From Klebsormidium nitens (taxonomy: Eukaryota; Plantae; Klebsormidiophyceae): a stretch of DNA of 64,000 nucleotides. Shown here in pieces: positions 23,535 to 36,700 of this stretch. A program made the position numbers and the translations under genes. Under the pieces are notes generated by a model, which had not been told where the DNA came from, made no database searches, and worked only from the letters and a program-made list of their open reading frames with translations. Location of the stretch: NCBI GenBank assembly GCA_000708835.1, contig DF237157.1, positions 78,489 to 142,488 of the forward strand, given 5' to 3'. The stretch's first letter is position 1; every line of letters starts with the position of its first letter.

Positions 23535-26328
23535 ATGTTGCGCCTTGGGCTGCTGCTCTTGGTGAGCCTGTGGGGAAGCGGGTTTATAAGCGGGGTGTGC
23601 TCCTTCACTATGGAGGAGCTGACCAACATTGTTCAGGCTCCCCTCTCGAGTGTAACCTCCATAGAGAGCTCTAAGTATCTGCTCTCTGGCCCCATTCCTC
23701 CTGAACTTGGTGGCCTGACCAACCTCGTTCGGCTTAACCTTTCCAACAACTTCCTTTCAGGCCCCATTCCTCCCTGAGCTTGGTAAACTGACCCAGTTGA
23801 CTCTACTCGATTTGGGTAGAAATTCACTTTCAGGCCCTATACCCCCCGAGCTCGGTGCGTTGCGGAGGCTCCAACAGCTCGGCCTCTATAATAACGACTT
23901 GTCAGGCCCCATTCCGTCAAAGATTGGCAATCTTCTTGACCTCATATATCTTGGCCTCTTCGAAAACCAACTCTCCGGTCCAATTCCTCCTGAGCTAGGG
24001 GGTCTCCAAAAGCTTACATATCTCTACCTCTCTTCAAACCGCCTATCGGGTCCAATTCCACCTGAGCTTGCTGGTGCCCGATACCTTCAGTTCCTCGACC
24101 TTGCTTCCAACCGCCTATCTGGTACAATTCCCCCCGAGCTTGGTACTCTATATCTTCAATTGATCTACCTCTATTACAACGACCTATCTGGCCCTGTCCC
24201 CGTCGGTATTCTGCTGTCCAAGGGATAGAAGAACTTCTATTTAAACGATGGCCTTACTATACCCCCAGAGCTTGGTGACCAGGTACATCTGACAACCCTC
24301 AACTTGAGCTCTTTGTATCTTACCGGACGTATTCCGGAAACGCTTGGCAGGCTGTCCAAGTTAACCTCCCTTGACCTGGGCAATAACTGGCTTGATGGTC
24401 CGATCCCCCCGGAGCTAGGCAACCTAACCAGATTGGCCAACCTTTCATTGGAAAATAACAACCTCTCGGGCAGTATACCCCCTCCCCTTGGCAGCCTGAC
24501 TGAGCTCACCTCCCTTTCATTAGGCAAGAACAAATTCTTTGGCCCCATCCCTGCCGAGCTTGGTAACCTAACCAAGCTCAAGTCCCTTTCGTTGGCTTGG
24601 AACAAGCTTTCAGGCCCCATTCCTGCCGCGCTTCGCAATCTGGTCAACCTTACTACACTTGACCTAAGCAATAATGGCCTCGTTGGCCCAATCCCTTCAG
24701 AGCTTAGCAGCCTGATCCACCTAGAAAGCCTCTCCCTCGCCTCCAACCAGATCTCGGGCCCCATCCTTCCGCAGCTCAGCAATCTTACCAACCTTACGTC
24801 CCTTGACTTGGGCAACAATAGCCTGTCGGGGCCCATTCTCCCAGAGCTCAGCAACCTGCGCAAACTCACCAAACTCGGCCTTCAGTCCAACAACCTTGTT
24901 GGAATCATCTCCCCTTCATTCAGCAGACTTACGCGTCTCAAGTATCTGTCCCTTGGAAACAACTACCTCTCGGGGTTCATCCCCTCTGAGTTCAGCAATT
25001 TGAGGGTCCTGTATTACCTCAACTTTGAGGCGACAGCGATTTCATGCAGCTATGTGAGCTGGCCAGTAGTCTCTGTACAAGAACTGGGACTTCCCTGTTC
25101 CCCGCCACCTTGGGTGCACCAACTCGCTCTGATCAAACTCACTATAGGGTTCGGAGACGCCTCTACTCGAGTTCTCGACCTGACAACTGTGCCTGCGGGT
25201 CTCTGTAACCAAATTAATGAGGGTGGCAGCGGTCTTGTGGAGGTTCGCAACTGCTCCGCTCTTACGAGCATCAAGTTTGGGCCAGCCTTCGACCAAACAA
25301 ACGGTGGGTACTCCTGTGCGGTGGATATGAGCTGCAACATCGGAACATTGACTAGTGACACAAGGCGAGAGATTTGCCTTCACGATATCGACATTTTTAC
25401 GAACACCACCTCCTTAAGCGAGTTCTGTGTAACTCCGGGGGCCACGAGGACTGTCATCACCGTCTACTCCATCCTTGGCGCCTTGGCTGCCGCGTTATGC
25501 TTTGCCTATTGGGCTATGACGCGTTTCAAGAAGGCGTTGACTCTGATTGGTGGGGGACTCGGCAAGCCGCACCCGCTAGTTACGTATGGGGTCTACCTAG
25601 GTGGCGTCGTTGGTGGAGCCGTTGTGTGGGCGGATCTTTACACCGACCTGCGCATCCTGGCTGAGGTCTGGGGGGGCTGGCCTCAGTGGGTGATCCTAGG
25701 ATCCATCCTCGCACCATACTTGGTCGGGGCCCTGTTTATTGCGGAAAGCTGTGTCGCCAGCGGTTTCGTCTTTGTACGTCCACCTCGTTTGCCGGGGTTG
25801 AGGTGGATTTGGCCCCCTCCACGTATGGACTCTGCCGCAGCCCTGCCACGGCTTCCTATGAGCCCGCTGAGGTGGGCGGTAGTGCTGGTTGTATGGCCGC
25901 TATTCCTCCCGGCGGTTGTCTTCCTCGACGTGGTGGCGTTTTTGGACAAGCTTGGCTTCCACCTTAAGCTGGGGGCACGTGTTTACGGCATGGAGCTCTG
26001 GTTCGACTCCCGCTCTTTAGTTGAGCTCGTACTGCGAACAGTGCCGCAGCTTGGGTTCCAGACGGTTGTGTTCATTGCGGGTAGCACGAAATACACGGCG
26101 CCAAATGTCTTTATTGACAAGGGTATCTTCTTGCAATCTATTGCCCTGTCTTCGGCATCCATACTCAGCCAATTCGTGTACACGTTGTGGGGTGCCATGG
26201 TCGTCTCGGAAAACCCTTTAGCAGTACTCTGGAGACGCATACGTTGTGTAGGCAGGTCGTGGGCGATCCAGATTCCCGTCCAACTTGATGAATATGAGGA
26301 GCAGAAGGGTGACAACATTCACGTTTAG
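23535..26328 (+). pseudogene. LRR receptor-like protein fused to an XK-related multi-pass membrane domain; disrupted by a frameshift and a nonsense codon
   Basis: Signal peptide MLRLGLLLLVSLWGSG is followed by many plant-type extracellular 24-aa LRRs (LxxLxLxxNxLSGPIPxELG). There is an extra C at 23772-23774 (cctccctgag versus cctcctgaa in a sister repeat) and an in-frame TAG at 24226-24228. The frame from 24229 to 26328 is intact and includes the TM region. Confidence 0.85.
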
Positions 26329-27600
26329 ACTCTAGTGCTGATTAGTGGAAAGCGAACCATGCACCGTCGATACCTGTGAGTTTAGTGATTTCTTCTAGGC
26401 ACCAAGTGTCGCATGCTTCCTCGTTTAGGACAGACGTCCCATGCTTTCAGTGTCATTGTTAGGTCCTAGCATTGCTAAAGCTTGACCACATGTGCACGTC
26501 ACGAAATGGCAACCAGTACGGTATAGGTTCATATGAATCGTCTCAATGTATGAATTCGATCAGCATAGACTTGAACTGTATAGGATCTGTAAGTTTGGAA
26601 AAATATGGCTTCGCGTAGACTCACATAGACGGACTCATACTTAACATTGAAGGTTACCGTACGCAGTATTTTGTATCACTGCATAAAATTTTGAGACCGT
26701 GCATGTGGGTTTCATTTATAGAAAGCTTTAGATATGGATGGTGCCCTTATAGCAGTAATATCGTACTTATGTCACTAGATATGACCCTATATTTTCTCGT
26801 TGGTATAGCACAAGCCTGATGGCTCGAACATTATTTGAATGATCATGCAATTGCATTGTATCTCCTGCGTGACATGACATGCTGTATGACGGTTTCAATT
26901 TTGTGCATGAGCTGCCATGTGCGAAATCGCCTGCGGATTAATGATGAACCTGGCCGAAAGCTCTTATAAGTGCTCGATCGCGTGCACTGAGGGCCACGAT
27001 CGGGACTCGCGGTCTTCAGGACTGTCCCCTAACTCTCAATCCGATGCAAATCGCGGTTCACAGAGGGCCACGAACGTGGCCCGAGATTTGTAACCACCAC
27101 ACGCAATAGGTGGAATACCTAAAACGCAAAAGGCCGTTTGAGCATTGAGTAAAGTAGACTCTTGGGTGGCGGCGCACATGCAACAGTCCGGGCCGATTGC
27201 CTTTCGAAACATTTTATGTCTATGGAGTCCCCGGACTAGCGACTGTCCTGATATGTGCTTTCTGATTGAACCATAACAAATGGATGCAACGTGCCTAATT
27301 TGAGACCAAAGAAGTGCACGGGTACATCATGCATGCACTGACCGAGTTAGTTTGGACGCTCGCAAACGTGTTCGCTTTTAGTCAGCGCGATTCAGTCCTA
27401 CTGGCCGAGTCGTTTTTTCCTTGACGCAGGCTTAGTATTTGCGTGTTTGACATGTCTTTCTTTAGCACTGTAGGCACACGGTTATACCAGGGCTGCATTG
27501 GGTTATCAATCAGTGGCACCCTTGAAAAGGGAAACCCGTGGACCACATGTGAACTCTCCTCTTACGTTTTCTGGTCGCGTGCTACCGCCACTCCTTTACG

Positions 27601-30600
27601 TCACCTGAAATCAAGTGTGATGGAAGCCTTAGCCGGCTTGTGTTGACACATCTGCAAAAACGATGGTAAAGATCATGATCCTTTTTCACAGCTCATCCGT
27701 ACTTCAGTACATAAAATCAGTGAAAGAGCTCTGGACCGATCAAGGCAAACCTTTCAGAAAAGAGACTGAAAGGTAACTGATTGGCGAAGACATTTGCGGG
27801 CCTCAGATTTGTTTGTAAGGGCACAACCAGGGCAGGGAACCTCGCTGACAGAAAGTAGCTGGACTCCAGAGGTGTGCGAAATCATGAATCGAACGGCAAA
27901 GAGGGTAGATGGGAGAGGCGCAACGCAAATTGGATTGAACGGCTCACCTTCACTCCCGCCAGTTTCAACAACCGTTTCGATGCTGCGTACGCAATTTCCG
28001 GCCGGGGATCCCCCGGTCCAATATCCCGCTCGTGGCCGCCCTTGTCCGTGTAGTAGATCACTTCCGAGATGCCCGACTGTAGACGAAAACGGTCTGGATT
28101 AGTTTTTGGTTTGAGAGTCTGACTTCTTAAACCTCATTCTACTTGCAATGCCCCCAAGCGTAATGTGTTTCTGAATGCTCTCTCCCCGGCTCACATCGAA
28201 ACGCAGGACACAATTCCGTAAAAAAAATCCTGTGCGAACTTCCTTCGAGCCGCTGATCACTGCAAAGCCAGGATAAGAGGAGGCTGTGACACCTGGCACG
28301 TGTTTTATCCGTTATATTCCGGACGAATGCCCGAGCACGGGTCTACGACAGAAGCGTCAGCCGCCCAAAATGTGAAACCGCTTGCGTGGAAGTTGCTCAC
28401 GAAAGCAGTGACCCAGGTATGCACCATTCGACGAAAAGGTGGGTGGAAACGGACGAGTGGATGGCTAGTATCTCGCAGAAACAGTGTAGGGCCCTCTTTC
28501 ATGAAATTTCGGCTGGAGTTGGCTCGGGATCGGCCAGGATGCTTCTGAGCGTACAGCTTGTTCAAGTTTATGGAAAGGATGGACGCTTTCAGTTACAGAA
28601 AGTACAAAGGGAACGACGGAAAATAAAGCAGCAAACGACAACCGAATGTTCCAGAACTGAAGTTGACAAGCTCAACCAGGCTGGAAATTAGTGGAAGCCC
28701 ATGTAAGCCTTCTGTGGCTTCTCTCGAGATGGAGCGGCTCATTCAAACGATAGAATATAAGGGAAAACGAAGGCTGACAGCAAGAGAGTGGACGTACCTG
28801 AATGATAAGCTTTGCGCACTCGTTGCACGGAAACATCGTGACGTACATCTTTTGGCCGGGGGCTGACGCGTGGTTCCGGTTCAGAATGGCGTTCAGCTCC
28901 GCGTGGCACACGTACCTGAGCGGAACGGAGAACAATGACGGACGTTGCGTTGATGAGAGGAGGTAACCATAGAACCGTAATTAGAAGGGAGAAGGACGCG
29001 CCATTTGCTCAAAAGACAATCGAAGTTTTAACTTCGAAGCTACGCACTGCGACAACCAAAAATAACAACATACCGGAGCTGATCCCTCCGAGGAGGAAAG
29101 GCTGACGGGGTTTTTCATGCCACTGTTCGACAGGCGTCCGGGAATTGTGCTCGTTATGCCAATCGACCCGAGTTTATCAGGAAGTGATTAGGGGGATTGG
29201 CCTTCCGTGTCACGAGTCCACAAGAAGCTTTACAAATCTTCAGCTTTTCGAAGTTCAGTATCTCCGTTTGATCTACTCAACTTGCCAGCGCCTCTCCCAT
29301 GCGTCAGCTTCTCGTAGCCATTTCGGATGATAGCCCTTTTCCTGACCGTTCAAATAAACATTGCATATGACTCTTTGCGGAAGGAGCGGCGATGTAAGCA
29401 GCTTCCGGGTCCCGCCCGAAACGATCGTGCCCTATTTGCAGAGCATAACTCTCCAGCTCGTGACTACGAATTGAAGCAAGAGCGACGCCTTACGGGTATT
29501 TTGTCTTGAGCAGGTCGCCATCTTTCGACGACTTGGCCCATGGCAGTTGGTCGTCCGAGCAGCCCCTGGGGAAACCATTGTACCCGATGCCTGTAGCGAA
29601 AAACGGAAGACTCTCGGTTGATCACTTAGGTTTCATGACTTGCAAAATCTGAGGTGTTAAATACGACGAGCAAGTTAGCACGAGCTGACGTCATCGGTCC
29701 CCAAAGCAGCGCCCCGGAAGCCGTTGTAAGCGATCCCTGCAGCAGGAACAAAAGCTGCTCGCTTACGTGCTTGTGAGACTGGAAGGTTTTGGGGGGAAAA
29801 GCAGGGGGCTTAATAGCAGTGACGTCATGACTGTCGCAAGCAAGAGCGCACGTCGAGTTTGAGAACGGCAAGCGCTCCATAGACCCTACGACATTCCCTT
29901 ACGTCTTCGCTCAGAAAGGGACGTGTAGAGAGCGTAACTTGAGCTGAGGGGACATTCGCTGAGAGAGTTGCAAGCACAGTTGAGGTCCGAAACGGATTCA
30001 AGAACGGACATGCTGGTCGAATATAATTCACACAATGTGGGCACAACTTTCCCCCTAAAATCTTAAGTAATCTTCTTCGAGTGTGCAGTTTTCTCGCTAC
30101 AATATCTGGCTGCATGGTAAACTCTCTGCGTCCCGCTTTCTCCTCGAAATGTGGTGTCCAAAATGCAGAACCTCTCGAAAGTCTGTTCGAAGTACTAAAT
30201 TGGCCCAACTCGCCGTCAGCCCCATCGTTCGTGGTCAGATTTATCAACTTAAAATGCTCAGAACTAACAGTCAGTCCGCGCGAAACAGATGTCCAGTAGG
30301 TACGGCATCGGATGGCCTAGCGTTCTTTAAGGTTTGCAGGCTTAAACCTTGGTAGAGCTTCGGAATTATGCATAAGACGTCAAGAAGCTGAGATTAATAG
30401 CTCGGATCTGGAACTTACCCAGGATGATGCGCTCCTGGCTTACGATGCACGCTCCAACCTGGGAAGAAAAAAACGAGCTGGGTTCAAAGCAGTTACCAAA
30501 GTCTCCAATTACAAGCGGCCTGAATACGACTTGAAAAGTCCGCAGCTTGCCTGTAGATTGTCACTCGTATTGAAGAACGATGAGAACGAGATAGAAATAC

Positions 30601-32460
30601 AGCGCTCGGATGTATAAGAAGGCAACAAGGAAGCCCAGGTCGTTTACTGCACACCTTTAACAATATGGGCACCCCTGCATAAAAACCAAATGAGTTGACT
30701 CCAAGTCCAAGAAGCGAACAAGAGCATCATACTTCACATGCAGAGAAACCAAGCTGCACTCACTTGCCGGTTTGGATCTTTTGATCTCTGGGCGCTCAGG
30801 AAAGCGACCGCCATAAAGTAGTCGTCCCAAGAAAGATATCTGTAAGGAAACAACGAGCGGTTCAGCTGAATGAAAGACTGAACACGCTCTTCAGATTGAC
30901 ACGCCTCTGCTGCGAGTGTCCAGGTATCTGTAGGTGCTTTCGCCTCTTAGACAAGATGAGGAAGACAGCTGGGCAGCCTGCTTGAATCTCCAAGGCTGTT
31001 GTTGACGCTGTGTGTGGAATTACAGATACAGTGTTCCGATTATGACTCTGCGTCTGAAGACGCAAGTACCGGCTTAGACCTGCCACAAACCTGTATCTGC
31101 CCTGCAAGAATGATGACATTCTAAACAGAACCCCCTGACCAATCTCTTCAGACAAGATTGACAACCCCAGGTCACTCAAGAGATGCCCAAGTTGCCACTT
31201 TCACAACTACCTGTATACAGACTACCTCAGCCTCTGCAGGCCTGACAACTGGGAACAGATTGCGAACACCGAACCGCTCACCCTTTCCGTTTTGAAGGGT
31301 CTTCTGGATCGGGCTTCCCTGGAAGTGCCGGCGAAGTTGCCCCAAGGCTCTGATCTAGCAATCGCGGCTGCTTCTCTGGTGTTCTCAAATCAATACTGCT
31401 AATGTCAGCAGATTGGCCGCTTGGGGAAGCTTCTCCTGAGTCTTTTGCCCCCTCTAAAAGCTCATCCAGCCGTCTGGACACTCCTGTTTCAGGATCTTGG
31501 CTTGACTTCCATGCATTCCGCTCTCTAGGGGGGTCCAGAGACTTGGTTTCAATGTGATCCGTCGCCAGGGGTTTGATATGGTGACTGCCTAAGGAGCCAG
31601 CCTCCTTGAAGCCGCTTTCCAAGGGCAGATCGTTCAATTTCTGTTTGGGAGGGTTTTGGGGCTGGTTCAATGATCTTTGATGTCCGCAGCAACATTGATG
31701 AGCAGAGTCACTTGCAGCCTGCAGGAATTGGGACGGGATGGATATGTGACCGGAGGATTTAATGTCGCTTGCGTCCCCAATCTGGACCCCATATCACCTT
31801 CCCAATGCCAAGGTCATTCTGTTTCGATGGGTTGCTTTACAACCCTTCAACCGTTTGAGCTCAGCAAGAAGACCTAGAACAACGTACGCAGCATCCAGTG
31901 AGGGAAAAGAAGCTCTGCGAGCATCAATGAACAAGCTTGCTTACCCTTTCACATGGTGTCTCACAGATGATAAGTGATTATAGGCTCTTCAGATTCCGCA
32001 GCATTGTGGGGGCTCATGCATGCTCGCACCTTCTAACACTCCTGGTGTGAAGCTTTTAGTGGCTGTTCCCCGAAATCATGTGCTCCTACAATTGCACAAT
32101 CTGACCTACTATAATGTTGATAGTTGTAAGACATTTTTGCTCAGTCAGGAAGCAAGAATGCAACGAGCACGGGTTGCAGTCTCACGCCAACCACGTGTCC
32201 CATTTTTCAACCTAGAGCTTGCTGTCATAGCTTGATACGTAAGGAGGATCCAATTCTTCATCTACCGAGAGTCCCACCTTTTCAACCCGTGAGTAATGGA
32301 AGCCCAGCCATCTCGACCACTTTTGTGCTTGCTCATGCACTTGATCATCGCCCACAACTTTCACCGCAAGGATGGTAGCAAGTGCGGCTGCGGCGCCACT
32401 GACAACTGCTACAGACGCTATCAGAGGGAGCGAGCTGGAAAGAGAGTCTGCATGGGCCAT
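27601..32460 (-). CDS. DCTD: dCMP deaminase with an N-terminal hydrophobic anchor (plant type)
   Basis: Exons 32460-32278, 31718-31282, 30839-30764, 30458-30419, 29590-29494, 28915-28798, 28076-27948 and 27651-27601. Motifs: [67 protein letters not shown]. Confidence 0.96.
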
Positions 32461-33729
32461 GGTAGGATGACCCAGCCCCCACCCTGCGAGCTGCAAGCTG
32501 GACTTTGTGCCCTTTTCACATGCGTAGCTGCTGTGAAGGCCACGCAAGCCCCACGGAACTGAAAATGTGGGGAGGTGAAAATGGCGTCTGGAGTGCGCGA
32601 AGCTCAAGTTGCTAGATGTTGATAGAGGGAGCGAGCTAAAGAGTTTGCAGAGCCATGCTACAAAACGTCAGCCACCAGCCCGCGAGTTGCAGATGCACAC
32701 TGGGATTCTGGAGCAAGTCTCGTGCCCTTGCCAACAAACGAGTGGTGCTGCTCTGAGAGGTGCCTGACTGAAATACCGCGGCCCTCTACGGTTGGCCTTT
32801 TGAAAAGCTCGAGTCAATGGATGTGAGCTGAGGATGGACAGAATTGAAGAAGAAACTTGCTGCCACCTTTGCTGCAGGGTCCAGGGAGTCAGCAAAGTCG
32901 AAGGAGACAGAGTCGCTCAGTGGACACAGAGAAAGTCAGTGGCACTGGCAGCACTGCCACTGGCAGTGGGAGAGAACTGCTGGCACCAGATCACCATTCA
33001 TGCAAGGGGGCGACCGAGCCGGCAGTCAAAAGCGCGGGGAAGTTGCTAGAAAGCAGTTCCTTGAACCGTTGGATCTCCACCCTGTTCACGATCCGAGGTA
33101 CAAAATCGCTCCCGAGCAGTGGCAATTCAAATTACGAAGCTGCGCAGTACAAATGTCAAAGCTCATTCATTGTTGATCAGAGATCTCCTGACATCAGGAA
33201 TCAGGATGAGATTCAGAACCAGACGGTGCATCCTTGCAGACATCCTGCAGAGCTTGTTTTGTGGCACCATACCGTAATCTTAGATCTAGGGAGATTTCTT
33301 GGTGGCGCTTCTCCTAAAGAGAAACTCGATACCTAGCTGAATCCATCAGTTCGTTGATTCCTAGCGGGAGGCTTGTTTTCCATAAGATCTATCATTCCCT
33401 GCTGGTGTCACGCAATTTAGCCTGGATGCCCGTTTGAAATTCCTGAACCATGGCGCAGGAAGGTCGAAAAGGTAGGAGGCCGGATCAGGTTTCAGTATAT
33501 TGCCTGCTGCTTGCTTTCCTTGTGGTATTTGCCCTGATAGTCAAACAAGTGACGACCAATTTGCCAAAAAGAAATGCCAGCATACTCTGAGTCTTAGTGT
33601 GTTGAAAGAGCCTGAAAATGAGCCATGAATGCTCAATTGCCCAGGAGCTGTACCTATGTCTTGCCTACAGTATGATTCACAAAGTCTTACCTGATATGCT
33701 CCTGTGAAAGCCTCTCAAGTTTTGTGCAC

Positions 33730-36700
33730 AAGCCAGGCAGCTGGGACTCAAACAAGCGAGTCCAACAAAATCAGTCCTGGTCAACCTGTAGGGCCAATGG
33801 AGCAAGACCAGAACCTCCCGCCCACGCCGCTGTCCAGAAAGCAACAGCTCGAGCAATGGCAGGCACAGAAGCGCATGAGCGTGGAGTCGAGCAAGATCAT
33901 GAAGGGGACACCTGTGAAGGAGACCCCCACTTCTGTGAGGTGAGCGCTTGGGACGGCTGTTCGTTTCAACACCTTGCATGCATAGAAGAAGCTGGAGTAA
34001 CCCTCTGGCCTTCTGGAATAGTTGTATGCACAGCGTCACAATGGAAAGGGAAGCTGAAGATTATCAGGATTGCTTTGGGCTGTGCATAGCACCAGGTGAT
34101 TGAGGAAGCAGCAACATGAATCACAAGGAAGGTGTTTGTATTCTTCACAAGAAGGCCCAGTATCTGCTTCTTGGCAAATGTTTGCAGATGATTGCGGTTT
34201 GCTGAGTGGAACCAGCCCTTTGGATCTTCCAATGTTGCAACCCACTTCCAGTGCCGCCTCAGGACAATCAAGGAGACATGCAGTTTGGAGCACACTGAAG
34301 CTCATCCTGAGACAGACCTTAATCATGCTGGTGCCAAGGCCGGCGACTGGATGCCAGGCGGCTGACTGTACACTTTTGTTGCAGATTGGCCGTTACTCCT
34401 TTAGCAAGAGCCTCCCAACCTTTCATTACCCCCAGCACATCAAAAGCCGCACCGAGTGGGGCTCCTTTGGGCAACAACCCAGCACTTGTCAACTCAGAAG
34501 CAAACACGCCGCAAGCAGACCGGACAGCCAAGTACCTCCACAACGCCTCAGCCAAGCCCGCAGGCATCCTGTCCCCCGTCAAGATGGGCTACCCCCAGCG
34601 GACGCCTTCTAAAGTTGGGACTCCAAAAGCTGCTCGAGTGCCGCTTCCCGCCCCAGTAGAGAGTTCCAGACCAGCCCGGGTGGCCCTGCCTCGAACCCCC
34701 CTGCCCAGCAACGGCTTTAAGTGCCCCCCATCATTTGAGCAGAAGAAGGCCAAGGAGTGGACGCCCTTCAAGGGAGTGATGACCGGGCCGCTTGAAGCCA
34801 TTGCGGGGAGAGTGGCTGCCCTGAAGGGTTCGCTCACTCCTCAAGGGAAGGGGAAACAGGCAGGAGAAACCAGTGCCAAACCTGCAAGTGCTCTGGACAG
34901 TGAGGGAAGCCTTGGGGCAACTAGAGGTGTGGGGAAGGGCCAACTGCCGGCTATGAAGAATGAAGTAGAAGGAGTGGATGTCGAGCAGGCGGCGCACTCA
35001 AGCTACTGGCTGGGGAGGATCCGGGAGGCGGAGGTGCGGGGGGACCATGGTTCCGTGATCACTCTCTTTGAGCAGGCAGTGGAGTTCAACGCCCAGGTGG
35101 GGGGACCTGAACCTCGTTTTGGTTCTACCAAGTTGCCATTGCGATGAAAGATGCAGATGGTGCTTTCTTTCAAGCAGGACATGCGGCTGGGGCCCTGTTA
35201 CAGATACGACTATAGTGGACAAGCAGGGCAAAGGTTGGAAGGCTGTCTGTGTGTTTGAAGTGAGGGCAATGCCTCTCAGCTCCACGATTGATCGCAGGAC
35301 TGAATTGGCTAGTGGCTTCTCTTTCCTAGGCACTGATGCAAAGTTGCCTATGGGCCATGCCTTTCAGGCGGAAGCGACCGCATACTGCTTCTTGATGCTC
35401 AAACAGGGACTTGCTTGCTTGCTGCTCCTAATCTCTCCCCTTCCCTTCTACAAACGTCATGCTCAAAGCATGTTTGCCTGTGCAGCCTGCGGTTGACCTT
35501 GTCAAAGCACTCCAGCAGTACCGAGCAAAGCACATGGGGGGGCGCTCAACACAGCCTGATTCCCAGCTGGAGACAGGACTGCCCAAGGGGCAAACTTTTG
35601 ACACCCCCACCGCAACACTGTCTCAGAGGCAGGGGAGCCAACCAGGGGCGGAGGCACAGGGCTCCAAAGCAGAGGGTCCGGTCACGAGAACACCCGCACC
35701 AAACGTGCTCGACACTGCTTTACTGCCCGCTGTGGCTCCTGAAAAAGCCGTGGATGGTTCTGGGCAGATTGAGGAGACCGGGGACAAGCAGGTTGCCCAA
35801 GGAAATGGAAGCAGGGACAGTGGTACAGGCGCCGTTGTTCAGAGAGCTGCTTCTCCGCCTCTTACAATGGTAATCGTGACACCTGTCAGTCCGTCTGAGA
35901 GGGAGCGGCAGGCGAAGGGGGGAGTCCAGCGGGAAGGCTCACCTCCAGCCCAGGAGAAGGGAGAAGATTTCCAGGTACGCTCCAGTGTTTCAACCTTCGA
36001 AGAACTGCCGAGGATAGGTTCCTGTCCAGCAGAAAACCAGATTGCAGTTTTGTGAGTCCTCTGTGTGTGACGTGACTAGGTTTGAGAGGCACTTGCATGA
36101 ACATTCAGCACTTGAAAGATGATGCAAATTGGACTCGAGGTTTTCTCAGGAAGATGACGACTGTGAGAAATGTGACCAGATGGTACTCAAGTGTTCAAAC
36201 GGGATTTTGTTGTGGTGATCAACGGGGTCTTTGCTTGGTTCACTTTCCGTCACGATTATGTCACTTTCGCAACTCTGCAATCACGTCCATATCAAAGTTA
36301 ACACTCCCCCTTACAAGCAAAGAATGGTACTTTAAGCCTGTACTGAAGTTTTCTACATGCTTTTATCTGCAGTTCTACCTGACGCCCGTACGTCAGAGCC
36401 CAGCAAGCGCGACCCTCATGGTAGAAGCAGCAGAAGGTCCAGAAGAAATTGGTGAGTGCACCCCTTGCCACTTTCTTCTTTCTAACGCGTTCCACAAAGC
36501 GTAGCTGGTCCCCCCTCGTCTGCAGACCAATGATATAGAGACCATTTGTTCAGTCAGGTAGCAGGGAAGGGTTGAACTTCGACAATGGATCTTGGACTGT
36601 TTTGCCTCTCCGACGAGGCTCCTCTTCGTCCTCTTGGCATGTCCTGCAGATTTGCACGGCCTTTCGAGAGATGGGATGTCCGTCGGCTATACTTTTGTTC

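Noticed and set aside
24200-24230. Possible intron removing the premature TAG in the LRR gene
   Set aside because: The only GT...AG candidates give about 23-nt introns, far shorter than the other introns here.
32460-32840. Cell-cycle (E2F/MSA) bidirectional promoter between DCTD and the CKAP2-like gene
   Set aside because: Only imperfect motif matches were found, and the 5' end of the plus-strand gene is undefined.
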